A program made the translations under genes and the position numbers. DNA of 64,000 nt from Eledone cirrhosa (lineage: Eukaryota). The DNA is taken from assembly GCA_964016885.1 (NCBI GenBank), contig OZ024741.1, positions 389,112,001-389,176,000 on the forward strand, written 5' to 3'. The first letter of the stretch is position 1. Each line of letters opens with the position of its first letter. Shown here one piece after another: positions 1 to 14,700 of the stretch. Under the pieces are notes generated by a model. The model was not told where the DNA came from and did no database searches. It saw only the letters and a list, made by a program, of their open reading frames with translations.

Positions 1-94
1 CATATTCATAAGCCATATTTAGTGAATTATTTCCCTTAATTTTGATAACTGCAACCATTACCACACAAGCTATATATTACATAATTACAAATTT

Positions 95-272
95 TGGCAA
101 TATCAGTCGGCTGGACGCCATGCTTTGCAGCATAGTGTTACGCCCCTTTACGGTTTGAGTTCAAATCCCACCGAGGTTTACTTTGCCTTTCATCCTTACG
201 AGGTTGATAAAATAAAGCACCAGTAATGCACTGGATTATTGCTGGCCTTGTGCCAAAATTAGAAACAATTAT
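95..272 (+). mobile_element. tRNA-derived SINE (family A)
   Basis: A-box-like tggcaatatc, B-box gagttcaaatccc, core ctttgcctttcatccttacg, and a tail like the other copies in the window. Confidence 0.8.
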
Positions 273-1504
273 TACATTCATAATTACAAATTCTTCAATG
301 TTTTCTTGAAGTTTTAAAATGTCCAACCTTTGGAGAAATTATTAAACATATCAATTTATATTTTATTTTAAGAATAATTAAGTTCTATTCTTAAAAAAAC
401 TTTTTGTTAAGAATTAGAAAAGATGTAATCACTTCACAACATACTTTTGTGTCTTGCATCACTTGCTTCAGGCAGGGTTTGTCAAAAGTGTTAAATACAA
501 ATTCAGAAACAGACAATATTGGCATTATATATCTATTGGTCACACTTCAACCATATATGTGTGTGTGTTTATTTAAAGAATCTGTTATTAATATAAATAT
601 GAATTAAGTCTTGTCTCTACTATTGGACAATTAAATACAGTCAGTAAGTGTATATAATATACAGAGAAACAATTTACCTTCCACTATTAGTGATTCTGTG
701 ACATAAATGTTTTCTCAGGTTGAATTCATGAAATATAATGCATTAGTGGATAGATTAAAATATAATCTGAAATCGAGAAGAAAATATTTCCTTTTCTGTC
801 CACTTGTCTGGAAATTCATTATTTTAACTTGCTAGCCACAATAAAAACACTAAAATAGAGACTGTGATAACAAAAAGGCTTTTCACCAGTCAACAGTTTA
901 TAGTCATGATAACTAACAGCCAAGGGACAGTCTCCATCAAGTTGATATGCTTATATATTTAAAGCATGTCTAAAATAACTGTCATACCAGGTGCCAGACA
1001 TTTACACCCATCAATCTGTCAGGTTAAGATAAACATTTGACAAAGTATTTGGAGTGTGCCAAGCATTTTTTCCTAAAGTTGCTTCTGAGAAATCCCAGTG
1101 TTTTGCAAAAAAAGAAAAAAAAAATTGGGGCTTTCACAAGATAGTCTTTTAATAAAATTTAATAGAAATGATGCTTTTTTATGTATATAAAAGTTCTCCT
1201 AAATAATTGTTTCATTTAATGTTTTTCAGAACTAGGGTGGGAGGCATTGTCTATAATGGTATGGGTTCTGTGATTTGGGAACATTTTTTTTTCAGGGTAC
1301 CATGACAAATAAATTTTGGGAACCACTGGTCTAGAAAAACAATTAGTTATAAAATGAAGTGTGTAGATGAGCCTTCAGATTAAAGCCAATAGACACTTCT
1401 AGAAGTGTCTCTGTAATCATTCCTGTGCAGAGAGTTATTTCAATATTAATTTATTTTTGTAAACAAATTGTTTGTGAAGGCGCTGGAAATTGTTTTTATT
1501 ATTT

Positions 1505-1690
1505 TTATGCAGTATAGGTAGAGGGTCGGACACCATGCTTTGACACATAGAGTTACGCCCCTTGCCATTCTGAGTTCAAATTGCGCCGAGGTTAACTTTG
1601 CCTTTCATCCTTACGGGGGTCGATAAAATATAGTACCAGTAATGTACTGGGTAATTGCTGGCCTTGTGCCAAAAGTAGAAACAATTATTT
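1505..1690 (+). mobile_element. SINE family A copy
   Basis: Same B-box, core and tail (gtgccaaaagtagaaacaattatt). Confidence 0.8.
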
Positions 1691-2279
1691 TTATGGGTCA
1701 ATCAAAAAAAGAAAGGCACTGGTCATGACCTATTTTCTAGGCCTCTGGGACTGGTAGGCAAAATAGATGAAGAAACATACTTATTTTGAAAATAATTAAG
1801 AATTTGGAGGAATTTAGTAATATAACAAACTTTCTCGCTATAAAGTTAGTGTGTGGAACATAACCTAATAAAGGTTCTTGGATAATATAAGCACTTTAAC
1901 AGGTAGTTTGGTATCAAAAGGATTATGTATTAAACTGACAAAGTAATATTTCTTCATATATTTATAGGATATTTAAGATATCAGTAAATTTAATTTTTCA
2001 CAATTTATTTTAGTGGTACACAGGGAAAGAAATTGTCCATAAATGAAGAATGTTTTTATTTCTGTTTGGTAAGGAGTGACAGGGGGCTTTTTTGTTTTTC
2101 AAATATGTTTCTCCTGCTATATTTAAGATTCCAGATATTTATTGTTTAATCACAACCTTGATATATGCAAAGTCATCTATAAATGTTCTATTTTCAAACA
2201 AGGATATAAGAACCAACCAAATGTGTTGGGATGGATTCTTTTGATTTTATATATTGGAAGCTTGATGACATGCATTGTT

Positions 2280-2882
2280 GTTTAACCATTTGGATACAAA
2301 CTCACTTGAAGCCCCAGCCATTTTCAAGGATACAAAATTGTTTGTTTTAAGATGTTTATATTTATTTAAAAACCTTCCATCATTAATTTTATGTAAGAAC
2401 TTTTTGTTAAGCTATACTCCAGATCAAAATGTCAGTTATTTTACTAAATCCCTTGAAATTCCTGATTATTTTCAAAATTATTTTAAGGCAATGCTTATAT
2501 TATCTCTAAAGCAGTGAATTGGCAAAGTTGTTAGACATCGGATATAATGCTTTGTGGTATCTCTGCTCTCTTTGAGTTCAAATCCCACTTTGCCTTTCGT
2601 CCGTCCTTTCGAGGTTGATAAAAAATAATACTGGGGTCGCTTCTTCTTATCTCTTTCTTTCTCTCTCATTTCCCCTCTCTCACTCTCTATCATTCTGTGA
2701 AAGAAATCTGTTGTATTCAAACCTGGAGAGGAGATGGGCTCCGCCAGGCTTAAAATGCCCGATAAATGCCTTATGTCAATATAGCACCCCTGCAACTCCA
2801 TCAGGAGTTACAGAACCAGACATATCATTTATTATCTCTGAGGCAGTTTCTTTCATTAGAAATATGATAATGAAAAGATTAA
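2280..2882. mobile_element. Degenerate ~250-bp TTAA-flanked MITE (family 2) interrupted by a SINE A fragment (~2510-2640)
   Basis: Shares motifs (aaccttccat, cctgattattttcaaaattatt, cattagaaatatg) with 30167-30417 and 63340-63586. Confidence 0.5.
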
Positions 2883-5680
2883 AACAAGCAAATCAGATAC
2901 TTACTCAATATAAAATGTAAAACCTCCCAAAATCAAAACAATATGAAACAAACAAAAAATAGAATACTAATGATGGAATAATTAGTTCCCTTGGTGATGA
3001 ACCATTATTATTTATCCTGGTAGTATAGCTTAAATATCTAAATGACAGCAATTTAAGATACTTTTGAGAGCTCTTTTGACAGGTCATTCATTGAAAATCT
3101 TTTTATCTCTTGTTTGTTTTCTTTGCTAAATGACTGAATGTAATTTTTTTAAATCCATAAATCCCTTGATACATACATACCATATGGACGTGTATACACA
3201 AAGTATAAGTATGCAATAATTTCAAGCTGCTATGCAATCTCACAAAAGAAATGTCAGTGTCAGGTTGTTGAGTTTCTCTTCCAAATTCCATATCATCACC
3301 TTTTCATCACCATATTTCTAATGAAATACACTTTATTTCAATTAATTAATGAAGAATTTTGAATGATTTAATAAAATCATTAACTTCACATATAGTTTTT
3401 ATATAAAATTGTGGTGGATGATTTTATTTTCAAAAAGTATCCTTTAATAAGGGTGGTTTTATTCCATAGGACCAGAACCAATTTTGACCAGGCTGGTATC
3501 AAAAGAGTTAAATAAAATAGTTGCAACTGAAAATGAAAACAGAAACCACATCAATAGTCATGAACTTTTTACTCTATCTCCCCATCCATTAACAATTATT
3601 ATATAAAACCAGTGCCTGTTACTAATAATGGAAAATCATATAAGAGATATTTTATCTTTACATCTTTACACTACATATTAGATGTTTAGATAATTAGGTT
3701 ACAGAAAATTAATACTGATGCTTTATATCGAAGAATATATAATGTAAATAGTATAATATTTTGGTTGATTATATGATAATGGTAGAAACATCATTTTATG
3801 TAGAAAAATAAACACGATTAACATTTTTCAGAAATTTATCTAACTAAAACGAAAAAATTAAAATGTCTTATATATATAAACACAATTTATATAATATATA
3901 CAAGGAAACAAATTGTATAAAAAAAACCAAGACACTTACGACATTGTAAGGCTAAGGTGCTGGAATAGTCATGCACCCTCATGAGCACCACCTGATACTT
4001 TAGTAAGGTAAGCTGCCAACAATGACAAAAACCTCATTGTCATCAACTCTGTTTCCCCCAAATGTCTCAAATACCACATGTTGAAAATATATAGTTTACT
4101 GATAAATCATGGTATTTCAGAGGTTTATTGTTTGGCTACAGATGCAGTAATGCTCCATTCCACCCCATCTTCATCACAACTAGGATGTGAGAAAGTCCAA
4201 AAGACAGTGGCTACTTATATGAGGCATCTACCAATTATCTGAATTTGAAATTATGAAGAAAAGTTTTATATAAGAAATACATTAAGGACTATGAGGCATG
4301 TGTAGATCAATGATGCACATAGAATAGACAAAAGGTGTATTAGTCAGGCTTATAAATTAATTTATATTGCATAGTTGGGGGAGTATAGTTAAGTGTTTCT
4401 TTGACAAGGCTTATATTATTTCAGAAACTATGAAATTAATTAAGATGAGGCTTCACATGGATGAATACTAGAATCTGAGAGATTACCTGTAACATAGCAT
4501 GAAGGGATGGTTAGCTTTATCAAATTGATTGGAATGAAGATGATCTAAGAATTAGACATTATAGAAATGAGTAAAAATGTAAATAATATTTTTTTTAAAT
4601 CAATCTATATTATTAAGAATCTAAACTTTAATAAAGTAAGGAGTGCGGGACTGCGTCCAGAATATATTGTTTTATCCCATTTGTAAAATAAGTTGGATTT
4701 GAATAAATAATGAATGAATATTACATAATTTATCTACTAAATTCCGTGGCTGTTCATTAAATATGTTTTATTACTTATTTAAAGATTCACTTCTTTAAAA
4801 TTTTCAAATGTCAACACATCCGGTTAGCGATCGAACATTCATATATTTCTGTCACTAATTTTCTCCTAATACAGTTTATATATAATATCGTCTTTTTTTA
4901 ATGTATCATGGATTACGTTACTGATTACAGAAGACTATCTAACACAGTTCAATTTCTGTGTATATTGTCAATTACGATTTTATTTGATGTATCATATGTA
5001 CATGCATATATACTTGTGTATAATATCAATATGCACACTAAACATGCTATATATAACAATGTTTTCTATTTTCATTTTTGGCAAAATAAATATTAGCAAA
5101 TAAAATTCAGTTACAATTCTTTTTTACCTTCTAATTGTACTGGTCTTTATCAAGACCTCTGGTGTCCTTAATCCTCACACTAATGATTTCCTCCATCAAA
5201 TTGGAAAAACAGCAGCCTGCTTGAGGAAGGAACGCTGTGAGGTGGGATGGCTATTGTAGTGGGGGTCTCAGACCATTCTCTGTGATAATGCCTTTGCCAT
5301 TTTGTCTGTGGGGCACAGTTGAGGCATCGTTTAGACAGGGGTGTAGTGTCTGTCCCTTCCCCTCTATCTTTCTTTGGTCATTGGATTCTTTTTTTTCTTC
5401 TTCTTTTCATTTTTTGTCTCTCTAATAGTGTGTTTTTGTTTTGTATAAACAGCTTTGTATGATTAAAATATATCAATGATGGTAAAAACCAGCTTTTCTG
5501 TAGCAGCTTGTTAATGACATTATTTTTTTCTTTGCAGGTGCTGTCCACAAGTGCATTTACTAATGTCAAATTGATGGTCTCCAAGTGTCAGTAGGAAGCA
5601 AGTACTGACCTTGAGGGACACTAAACCTCCTACAAAACTTGCTAATCTGTGCCAAGTAAATATACCCACATCATTTCAGT

Positions 5681-5780
5681 ATGGCTGATGGAGAAACTTA
5701 TAAACCACAATGGAATTTGGTAGAGTTCACATTGCTCTCGATATTTCCTATTCATCTTTCATTTCTTCATATACACAAAG
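5681..5780 (+). CDS. SLC6-like coding exon 1: MADGETYKPQWNLVEFTLLSIFPIHLSFLHIHK (exon probably starts at 5538 with 5'UTR)
   Basis: Acceptor tttttttctttgcag at 5537, ATG at 5681, donor AAG|gtatgt at 5781. Phase 1 matches exon 2. W..VEF resembles the SLC6 N-terminal W..K(V/I)(D/E)F motif. Confidence 0.72.
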
Positions 5781-8700
5781 GTATGTTCCAAATGATCTAA
5801 AGTTCATTATTATTATTTCTTCATACTCAGATTGATCTGCTGTCATAAAATTTACCCTGGAGCAGGTCATAACAAGTGACCAAGGACCCTGCAGTTTCTC
5901 ATCAACCACTACATTTGTAGTACTCTTCTCAAAATTATGGCTGTTTCTACACCAATCTTTGAAATTCACCTTTGCATCCTCTTTGTCACAACAGAAAGAG
6001 CTCCAACAACAACTTGAATGACCTCCACCCTATTTAATTCCCAAAGTAGCTTTATTTCATGTTTCAGAGTTTGATATTTTTGATCCTTGTCATCTCCAGG
6101 TACTGCTATGTCAATCAAGAGACAATGTCTCTTTTCTTGTCTGCCAGTATCAGATCAGGTATTTTTGCTGTGATATTATCATCACATTATATGCTGAAGC
6201 TCCATAAAAACTTCACATTTTGATTTTCCAGCATGGCTTTAGGTTTGTGCTCATATCATTTTTTTGATCTCTCCAGCCCAAATTTTCTGCACAGTTCCCA
6301 GTGTACAATTCACTCAACATTGTGTCTCCACTTGTACTCCAGTGCTAATACACTACATGCATAATGGAGACTCTTATATGGTCACTGTTGAACTTCACAT
6401 TGTTCATAATGTCTGCTCTTGGACTGCACAGATCAAAGCTTCTGTTCTAACCTTCAAGTCTGATTTCTTCAACCAGGCCCAACTTCTTTCATTATCTATC
6501 CTATCCTTATGTTGATCTTTATCCATATCATTAATAAATTGGCTATGAATCCTTTTTTCTTTTCACTTTCCTGTCGTCCTTCATGTTCTGTTTGAATAAT
6601 CATCATCATTATTTCCTTTATTTAAAAAAACAACAACTTTATTTACATAAGTTTTTTGCACATGTTTAAACACCATTTCCTTCAAAATAGTCCCCTTGTG
6701 CAGCAATGCACTGATCCCAGAATTTCTGTCACTCCTGGAATGCGGCCTCGAAGTCATCTTTTGTAAGCTTGTCAAGAACCTTCTGTGAATCATGCTTGAT
6801 CTCAGCAATGAGCTTCATTTTCATCTTCAGGGAAAGAAAGAAGTCCACAGTAGCTAAACCTGTGAGTAGGGCAGGTGCAGAAGCGATGATATGTTGTGCC
6901 TAGCAAGAAACTTATGGATGATGGGTGCTTAGTGACAAGGTGTATTGTTGTCATGGAGAATCCAGTTCTTTGTGTGCCACAGGTCCGGTCGTTTCCTCCC
7001 TCAAACGCCTCAGAACTTCACAATATAACTCTTTTTTGACAGTCTAACCCTGGGAGACGAATTCTCAATGAAGAATGCCACGGATGTCAAAAAAGACAAT
7101 GAGCATGTTCTTAACTGAACTGCAGCTCTGTCTCGCCTTCTTCAGCCATGAAGATGATGGACTTTTCCATTATGTTGACTGCTGCTTTGTCTCTGAAGAA
7201 TGTTCAATGTCTCTGTGGCCAATTTTCCGAGTTTAGCGCAAAATTTTACGTTCTTTGTTTCAATTTGATGTCCATGATGTAATCAGACTTCCACATGAAT
7301 GTGATCAGATAAACACCAGTTTAACAACTCACTATGTAAACACAATGATGTCACTTGGTACACTGACTTATGACAGTTACAGTTAACTATCACTGCACGT
7401 GCAACCCTGTGCTGCCATCTGCCCGAAAATTTTTTTATACCATCTCGTATATTCTACTGGGCCTCAAGCAGACACCTTGGGGTAAGTGATGGTTTGTAAT
7501 GACGCATTTACTCTCAACATCATAGATAACTGATGGTATTTTGTTGAGAGTTTGAGAAAGTAAGTTACATATTTGTTAATTTTACCTTAGGAAAGAAAAA
7601 AATGTGAATCTCTATGTTAAACAGTACTGCCAAACAAGTCTCAAAACTGGCCTGCTGGCCAATCCTGCAATGTATTGTGTTATGCTCTTATACCCTGTAC
7701 ATTATTATTTTTAGTTTTTCACTCTAGGTAAAAATCAAGTAGATGGGGTATCACACTTCTTTTTACATTTAGGATGTTAGCATTAATGAAAATATCTAAG
7801 TGTCAAACAGTCCTGGAGTGATTATGAAAATTTTCAGATCAATTCAACCATGAAAATATATATGAAACTATAGGAGGGATGGGTCTATTTTGTTCCATTT
7901 TTAAAAAAAACTAATCATTATTACTGTTTAATGAACAAAAACGAATTTCTTTCACTAGCTCTCTCCAAAAAAAACCCTTTCTTCTACTTCTTCTTTACTC
8001 CATTTTCTATTCTATTACTTAACTAATGATTCCTCCCTATTCAAGTTATATTCCTTAGTTTACAATTTAGTTTAAATTTAAATAGCTTAGAAATATTGAT
8101 TACACAAAAGTGTCTTTAATTGGAAATGTGGTAACAAAAAAGTTTACATTAGTACTACAGAATCCTTTTCATGAAGATGTCATTTTTGTGTTGTTTATAG
8201 ATTGAGTTTTTGTTGGGTTTCAAATCATACCTGATCCAAGACAGAAGATCAAAGATATTCCAGTCATAACCAGGGCTGGATTTAATGGAGTGTGGAGGGG
8301 ACAAATGCCCTGGGAACCCCTTGTCAAACATGGTCCTCTCTAACAACTGCTCTGGGCCTCCCCAAGGTCTAAATATGGCCCTGATCATGAACGTTCTTTT
8401 TGTTAGCCATAATGTGTATTTTAAAGGAAATATATATTGGTTCTCAAATGTATATGTGTGAGTGTGTATATATATATATATATTTATATATACATACTTA
8501 AAGATATTTTACTCAACGCCTACGACATTTAAAGATATTTTACTCAACGCCTACGACAGTAAAGAAGAACAGATACAGACATTTAATGTAGAAGAGAACT
8601 GGGAGTTCCTAAAAAATAATTTACTAGAGGCGACGGATGAGGTCTATGGCTGGAGTAAGACCTCAAGCAGGAGGAGAGTGACTTGGTGGTGGAACAATAA

Positions 8701-11700
8701 GGTAGATGAAGCAGTTAAGGCCAAGAGACAGGCATGGAAAGAATGGAAGAACGGGGGGGGGAGCAGGGTACATTACATAGAGACCAAGAGGGAAGCTAGG
8801 CGACAAGTATACTTAGCTAGGAGGGAAGCAGAGGATAGAAAATTCAAGCATGTTTTGCAACGTGAGGACCAGAAACAGGAGGTATTCAAGATTGCGAGGC
8901 AGTGTGTCAGAGATAGTTGTGATGTCATTGGAGAGAAGTGTATCCGGAATGATAAAGGTGAGCTTGCCCTCACAAGTGCTGAGAAGAAAGATGCATGGAA
9001 GAGTCATTATGATAGATTACTAAATGAGGAGAATGCATGGGAAGAAGAGACCCTACCCCAAGTAGACCCTATAGAGGGGCCAGCAGTACAAGTCAGCAGC
9101 AACGTAGTAAGTAAGGCAATCAAAGATATGAAGATGGGGAAGGCAACCGGTCCATCGGGTATAGCTGCCGAGATGCTGAAGGCATCTGGGTCTGTAGGTC
9201 ACACTATAACCACACATATTGTTAACCAGGTAATACTAGAAGGTGTCATACCAAAAGATTGGTGCAGTAGCATCATTGTCAACTGCTACAAAGGTAAAGG
9301 CGATGCACTAGATAGAGGAAACTATAGAGGTATAAAGTTGATGGACCAAGTCATGAAAGTAACAGAAAGAGTTATAGCACAGTTGATTAGGGACCGGGTG
9401 AAAATAGACGAGATGCAATTTGGGTTTGTACCAGGAAGAGGCACCACTGCTGCCCTCTTCCTTGTGAGGCAATTACAGGAAAAGTACCTAGCTAAATGTA
9501 AGCCACTCTACTTGGTATTTGTCGACCTTGAGAAAGCCTTTGACAGAGTTCCACGTGCTGTAATCTGGTGGGCTCTTAGAAAACTAGGAGTAGATGAATG
9601 GCTTGTGAAAGCGGTACAAGCCATGTATAGGGGAGCAGTCAGCAAAGTTAGGATTAGCAATGAGTATAGCGAGGAATTTAGCGTACAGGTTGGGGTCCAC
9701 CAGGGCTCTGTTCTTAGCCCCTCCTGTTCATCATAGTCCTGCAGGCAATAACGGAGGAGTTTAAGACCGGATGCCCATGGGAACTCCTGTATGCTGATGA
9801 CCTCGCACTCATAGCTGAATCTATGGTAGAACTAGAGAATAAATTCCAAACTTGGAAGCAGGGACTAGAAAGAAAGGGTCTCAAAGTCAACATGACAAAG
9901 ACTAAGGTCCTTGTAAGTAGACGAGAAAACAGAACCCAAATCCCCTCAGGGAAATGGCCTTGCTCAGTATGTAGGAAAGGTGTAGGTAGGAACTCCATTC
10001 TCTGCCCCAAATGCAAACAATGGGTACACAAGAGATGTAGCGGGATCTCCCTCAGAATGAAAGGCAGACTGTATGATGCGTGTATCCGAACAGCAATGTT
10101 GCATGGTAGTGAGACCTGGGCGCTGAAGGTGGAAGACTTACGTAGATTAGAGAGAAACGAAGCCTGCATGCTGCGATGGATGTGTAACAGTAATATACGT
10201 GAACGACAAAGCATAAATGAATTGAGAGAGAGACTGAGCATAAGAGGAATCAAATGCTGTGTGCAGGAGAGGCAGTTGCGCTGGTATGGACATGTGATGC
10301 GTATGAAGGATGACAGCTGCATAAAAAGGTGCAGAGCACTAGAAGTTGATGGAAACCGCGGAGTGGGGAGACCCAAGATGACCTGGGATGAGGTGATAAA
10401 AGCCGACCTTACCCAATTACACCTCTCAAAGGCAATGACACACGACCGTGACCTCTGGCGTCATGCAGTAATACAGAGTACCCGACCTCCCATGGGTACA
10501 AGCTGAAGCATATAGACAATATGCCCCCACACCCCCCACCGCAAGGTGGTCGTGGAGGTGCCACGGCAAAAAAGCACCCAGCCCACACTGTAAAGTGGAC
10601 GTGTAGGCGCCACGAAAAAGCACCCAGAACTCACTGTAAATGAGGTTGGTGTTAGGAAGGGCATCCAGCTGTAGAAATCAAGCCAAATCAGTTCCTGTAT
10701 GAGCAAGGCATGGTCAGCCGACCAGACACTGCCCACAACAGGACAACCCGTCTAACCCATGCTAGCGTGGAAGAACGGACGTAAAACGGTGATGATGATG
10801 ATACATATATATATAAATAAAACCCACCTTCCTATGAGTAAGGGTTGAAGCATACATCTAGTATGCACCACCTTCCCTTACCTTTCCCTTCTATACACCT
10901 CCCACATCCTAAAACTGCACCTATACCCTAACACTCAACCTATGCCCTAACACCCCATCCTCTGCCAGCTAAATCCTCCAGCCCTCTGTCCACACTGGGG
11001 GTATTAGGAAGGGCATCCATCCATAGAACCTAAGCTAGAAACAGTTCTGTATGAGCAAGACAGTCAGTTGATCTGGGTTGTCTCACAACGGGACAACTCA
11101 TCTAACCCATGCTAGAGTGGGAAAATGGATGTTAAATGGTGATGATGAATGTATCTCTTTATGATCTGAGTTCAAATCCCGCCGAGGTTAACTTTGCCTT
11201 TCATCCTTACGGGGTCGATTAAATAAAGTACCAGTAATGTACTGGATAATTGCTGGCCTTGTGCCTAAAGTAGAAACAATTATCTGTGTCCTACTTTTTA
11301 ATGACATTGTGGTAAAATGAAGGTATCCTAGTTGGATTGTTCATTGACATAGACGTGAGGGAAGGTCCCTCGTCTATTTACCATTTTGTGTTTGTGAGAA
11401 TTATAACAAAGTGAGTGAGTGTGTGCGCAAACAAGACAATAACCACAACGAGAGTTATATTCAACAATTGTAAATAATGGTGATGTTTATTTATATTACT
11501 AATGGAACGTACCAAATATTGACGTGGTCAGTTGTGGTGAATTACAATTACAAAAGTATTGTGGGGTTTGCTGTTTGCTGTTCCCTTGGCTGTTTTCTAT
11601 GACGTGGTACAGAGGCTGTTTTCTGGCGTGTGTTCCGTCTGCTTTCCCGTGGCTGTCTGTTTACATCTCCTATTTCTCAACCAGGGGGAGATAACTATGG

Positions 11701-14700
11701 GTTGTTCTATTATCCGACAGGGGGCGTGAGGCGTCTTACTACAACATCAATGAGATTTGAAGGCAACAAATTGATAGAGTTTTTAGAGCATTGAATTAAA
11801 TGACTTGTGATATTTGTTCTGGTTCTCTAGACTCTTGGTTCAAAACTCACTGAAGTCCACTTTGGCTTTCATCTTTTAGGATTAAGTACCAGTTCAGGAA
11901 TTGTTAAAGCATTGATCATGAGGCCATGCAGTATCTCTTTTTGCCCTCTGCATTCTGAGTCCACCTGCAGCATCACTGGTGCCAAGCTGTATCAGCCCTT
12001 GCCTTTCTCTTGGTCAACATAGGTAGCAGCGAGAGGGGAGACTTGTATACATTGACAGTTGCTGATCTTTCACAAAAAAGCAAACCTTGACCAGAGAAAA
12101 ACTTTCCAGTTGCAGATTCATAGTCTCATGAGACATATGGATGCATCAGAGTATGATTTGAGGAAATTTGTCTCCTATTTCTAGCAGTTTTTACATAGGA
12201 TAGTAGGAAGTATTGTAACAACTGAAAGCTGCATTCAATAATCTACGATTTGGTGCCTCAAAGTTTTGAGTTCCTATCTTGCTGTTGTTGACTTTCTTTT
12301 TCTTCATGCTCAAAAAATTGATTACACATTATATACAGGAGCCAAATCAATCAACTTCTTTTCTTCCTCCTACAAAAATTGACTTTGCGTCTAATGAAAA
12401 GAAATCACTAGTGATGCTATAAATAATCTTGTCTAATGTAATGTTGTTGTTATTGTTGTTCTAACTGTTTTATTATAAACAAATTAAATGGTGATTTGTT
12501 GGTAGTCATTACACCTTAAATTCATTTTCTTTTCTTTTCAGATTTGTCAGTGATAATTCATTTCATATTTTTAACAGTCCTTTGTATTCCCCCCTTGTTT
12601 CTACAGCTGAAATTAGGGGGGCACTTACAAAAAGGAATTGTGGGGATGCTCTCAACCTATTTTCCTATCTGGAAAGGTAAGCTTATTATTATGAACTATT
12701 ATCAACATCATCATTATTGGCAGTATCGGTAGAGGGCCGGACGCTATGCTTTGCAGCACAGAGTTACGCCCTTTTATGATCTGAGTTCAAATCCCGCCAC
12801 GGTTAACTTTGCCTTTCATCCTTACGAGGTCGATAAAATAAAGTACCAGTAATGCACTGGGTAATTGCTGGCCTTGTGCCAAAAGTAGAAACAATTATTG
12901 CATGGCAAAAACAATAATGAACAAAATATTTGCTTACATACCTCTATGTTCTCATTCCTTTTCTAGAGGCAATATATTAAGTACCAGTCATGTACTAGAT
13001 TAATTCAATTGATTATAATATTACTTTACACCAAAATAAATGGACTTATGCCAGTGTGAGTTATAATTTTCTGACGTTTCCTGTTATGGAAGCATTGTGC
13101 TTCTAAAAATTGTGCTGTAATGCAGAATTCCATAATACAAAACCTATTTTCCCATTGATTTTCATGTTATAAATTAAGATGTCTAACAAAATTTGACATA
13201 AACTTTCTGCTTGCGGAAAACTTGTAAATTCACAGGTACAGGCTGGTTTTATGTTTTTCCTAACAAAATTTATAGCTGAAAGTTTCACTTCATCCAACTA
13301 TGTTTTCTGCAGCATTTATATTATTTAACTTTTTTCGGGGTCTCTAACTGTAGGTTTATCCTTTTATGAGTTGTTTCCAATTACTTCTTATGAGAATTAG
13401 AAGTCCTAGCAGGCACGCACTTCCAGGAAAACCCAGTTTTATCAACATTATATACTTGTTCTGGTGTAGAGTTTCCTTCAGTAATCATTTTCCTCTGTTC
13501 CTCAGTATAATTAGTAACAGTGTCTGTATCAACACTGGTCGCTTTACTGGTTATTTTAATGTTGTGCAAACTAAAACATATCCTAAAACTGTTAAACCAG
13601 CCTTTATTAACCAGAAAAATGTTTGCAAACTTTTAGCTTTCACCAGAATAACCAGTCAGATCTATGAAAAATACCTGAGAAGTTAACTGAGTAGGTACTT
13701 GAGCACTTGAGCTAATTCTGTCTTACAAGTTAAATCAATGCAGGTACAAACAATATTGAGGGAGAATGATAGGTATTGGGATTGGTAGGATTTGAATATA
13801 TATGTGTGTGTGTTTTTTTTTTTTTTTTAATTGCTCAAATTTACCTGAGTTTCTAAAAGTGCGGAATTACAGACGGTATCCAGAAATTAGTGGTCTTACT
13901 TTACTATTTCCATAAATGTGGAATTCCGTATTGAAATGAAAATTTAAAAAAATTGTTCTTATAAACAGCCTTTTTAAATAAGTCTGTTATTTTTTCAAGG
14001 ATTTCTTTTTAACAAATCAACTGTAATATAAAAAATTTCAAGTTTGGCAAAAAACCCAAATTGTTTTCTGTGTACAAACATTTTGTAGCTGTTAGATTTT
14101 CTTGTCAAATTTCTAATTATTTTTCAGTATAATATTTTTTTCCTCTAAGCAATTTTCCCTATAATTCTTCTCAAATAATTAATAGCACTTTTGTGGTTTT
14201 AAAATGTGCTATCTGTTTAATTATTTTTAGAATTTAATTTTTCATCATTTACACTACAGTATAACAAATTAATGATTTTGGTGGTTTTATAGTGGACTAT
14301 CTAAGAGATAAAGGCTAAGAATTTAAATTATTTTCAATCTTGCTTTGCTGTCTTCTAATTTGTCAACTCTTTGATCATTTCTTCTGAGAAAGATTTCAGG
14401 TCTTTCATCCAATCACTACTAGCTCATTTTAACCTAGTTGTACTAATTACCAACCACACACTGTTCAATCACTGAAGCAGTTCGATCCCTGTCTTTATTC
14501 ACTAATTTTATTTAGTTTTCAGTGTTGTATTCAAATTTCCCCATGAGTAAAATGGGGTCTAGAGACTACACAGAACAGATATTTTACAATTGGTGTTTTT
14601 ATTATCTGAAGAATTATAAAACTAAATTCTTTTTATACTGAACACTTTTTTTTATTTATTAACCTGAAAAGACAGAGCCATTTTGACCCATCTAGATAGA

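Noticed and set aside
9714-10376. 220-aa minus-strand ORF and similar ORFs (18706, 31657, 36592, 37048, 53552, 54391)
   Set aside because: Antisense frames of RTE coding sequence, not independent genes.
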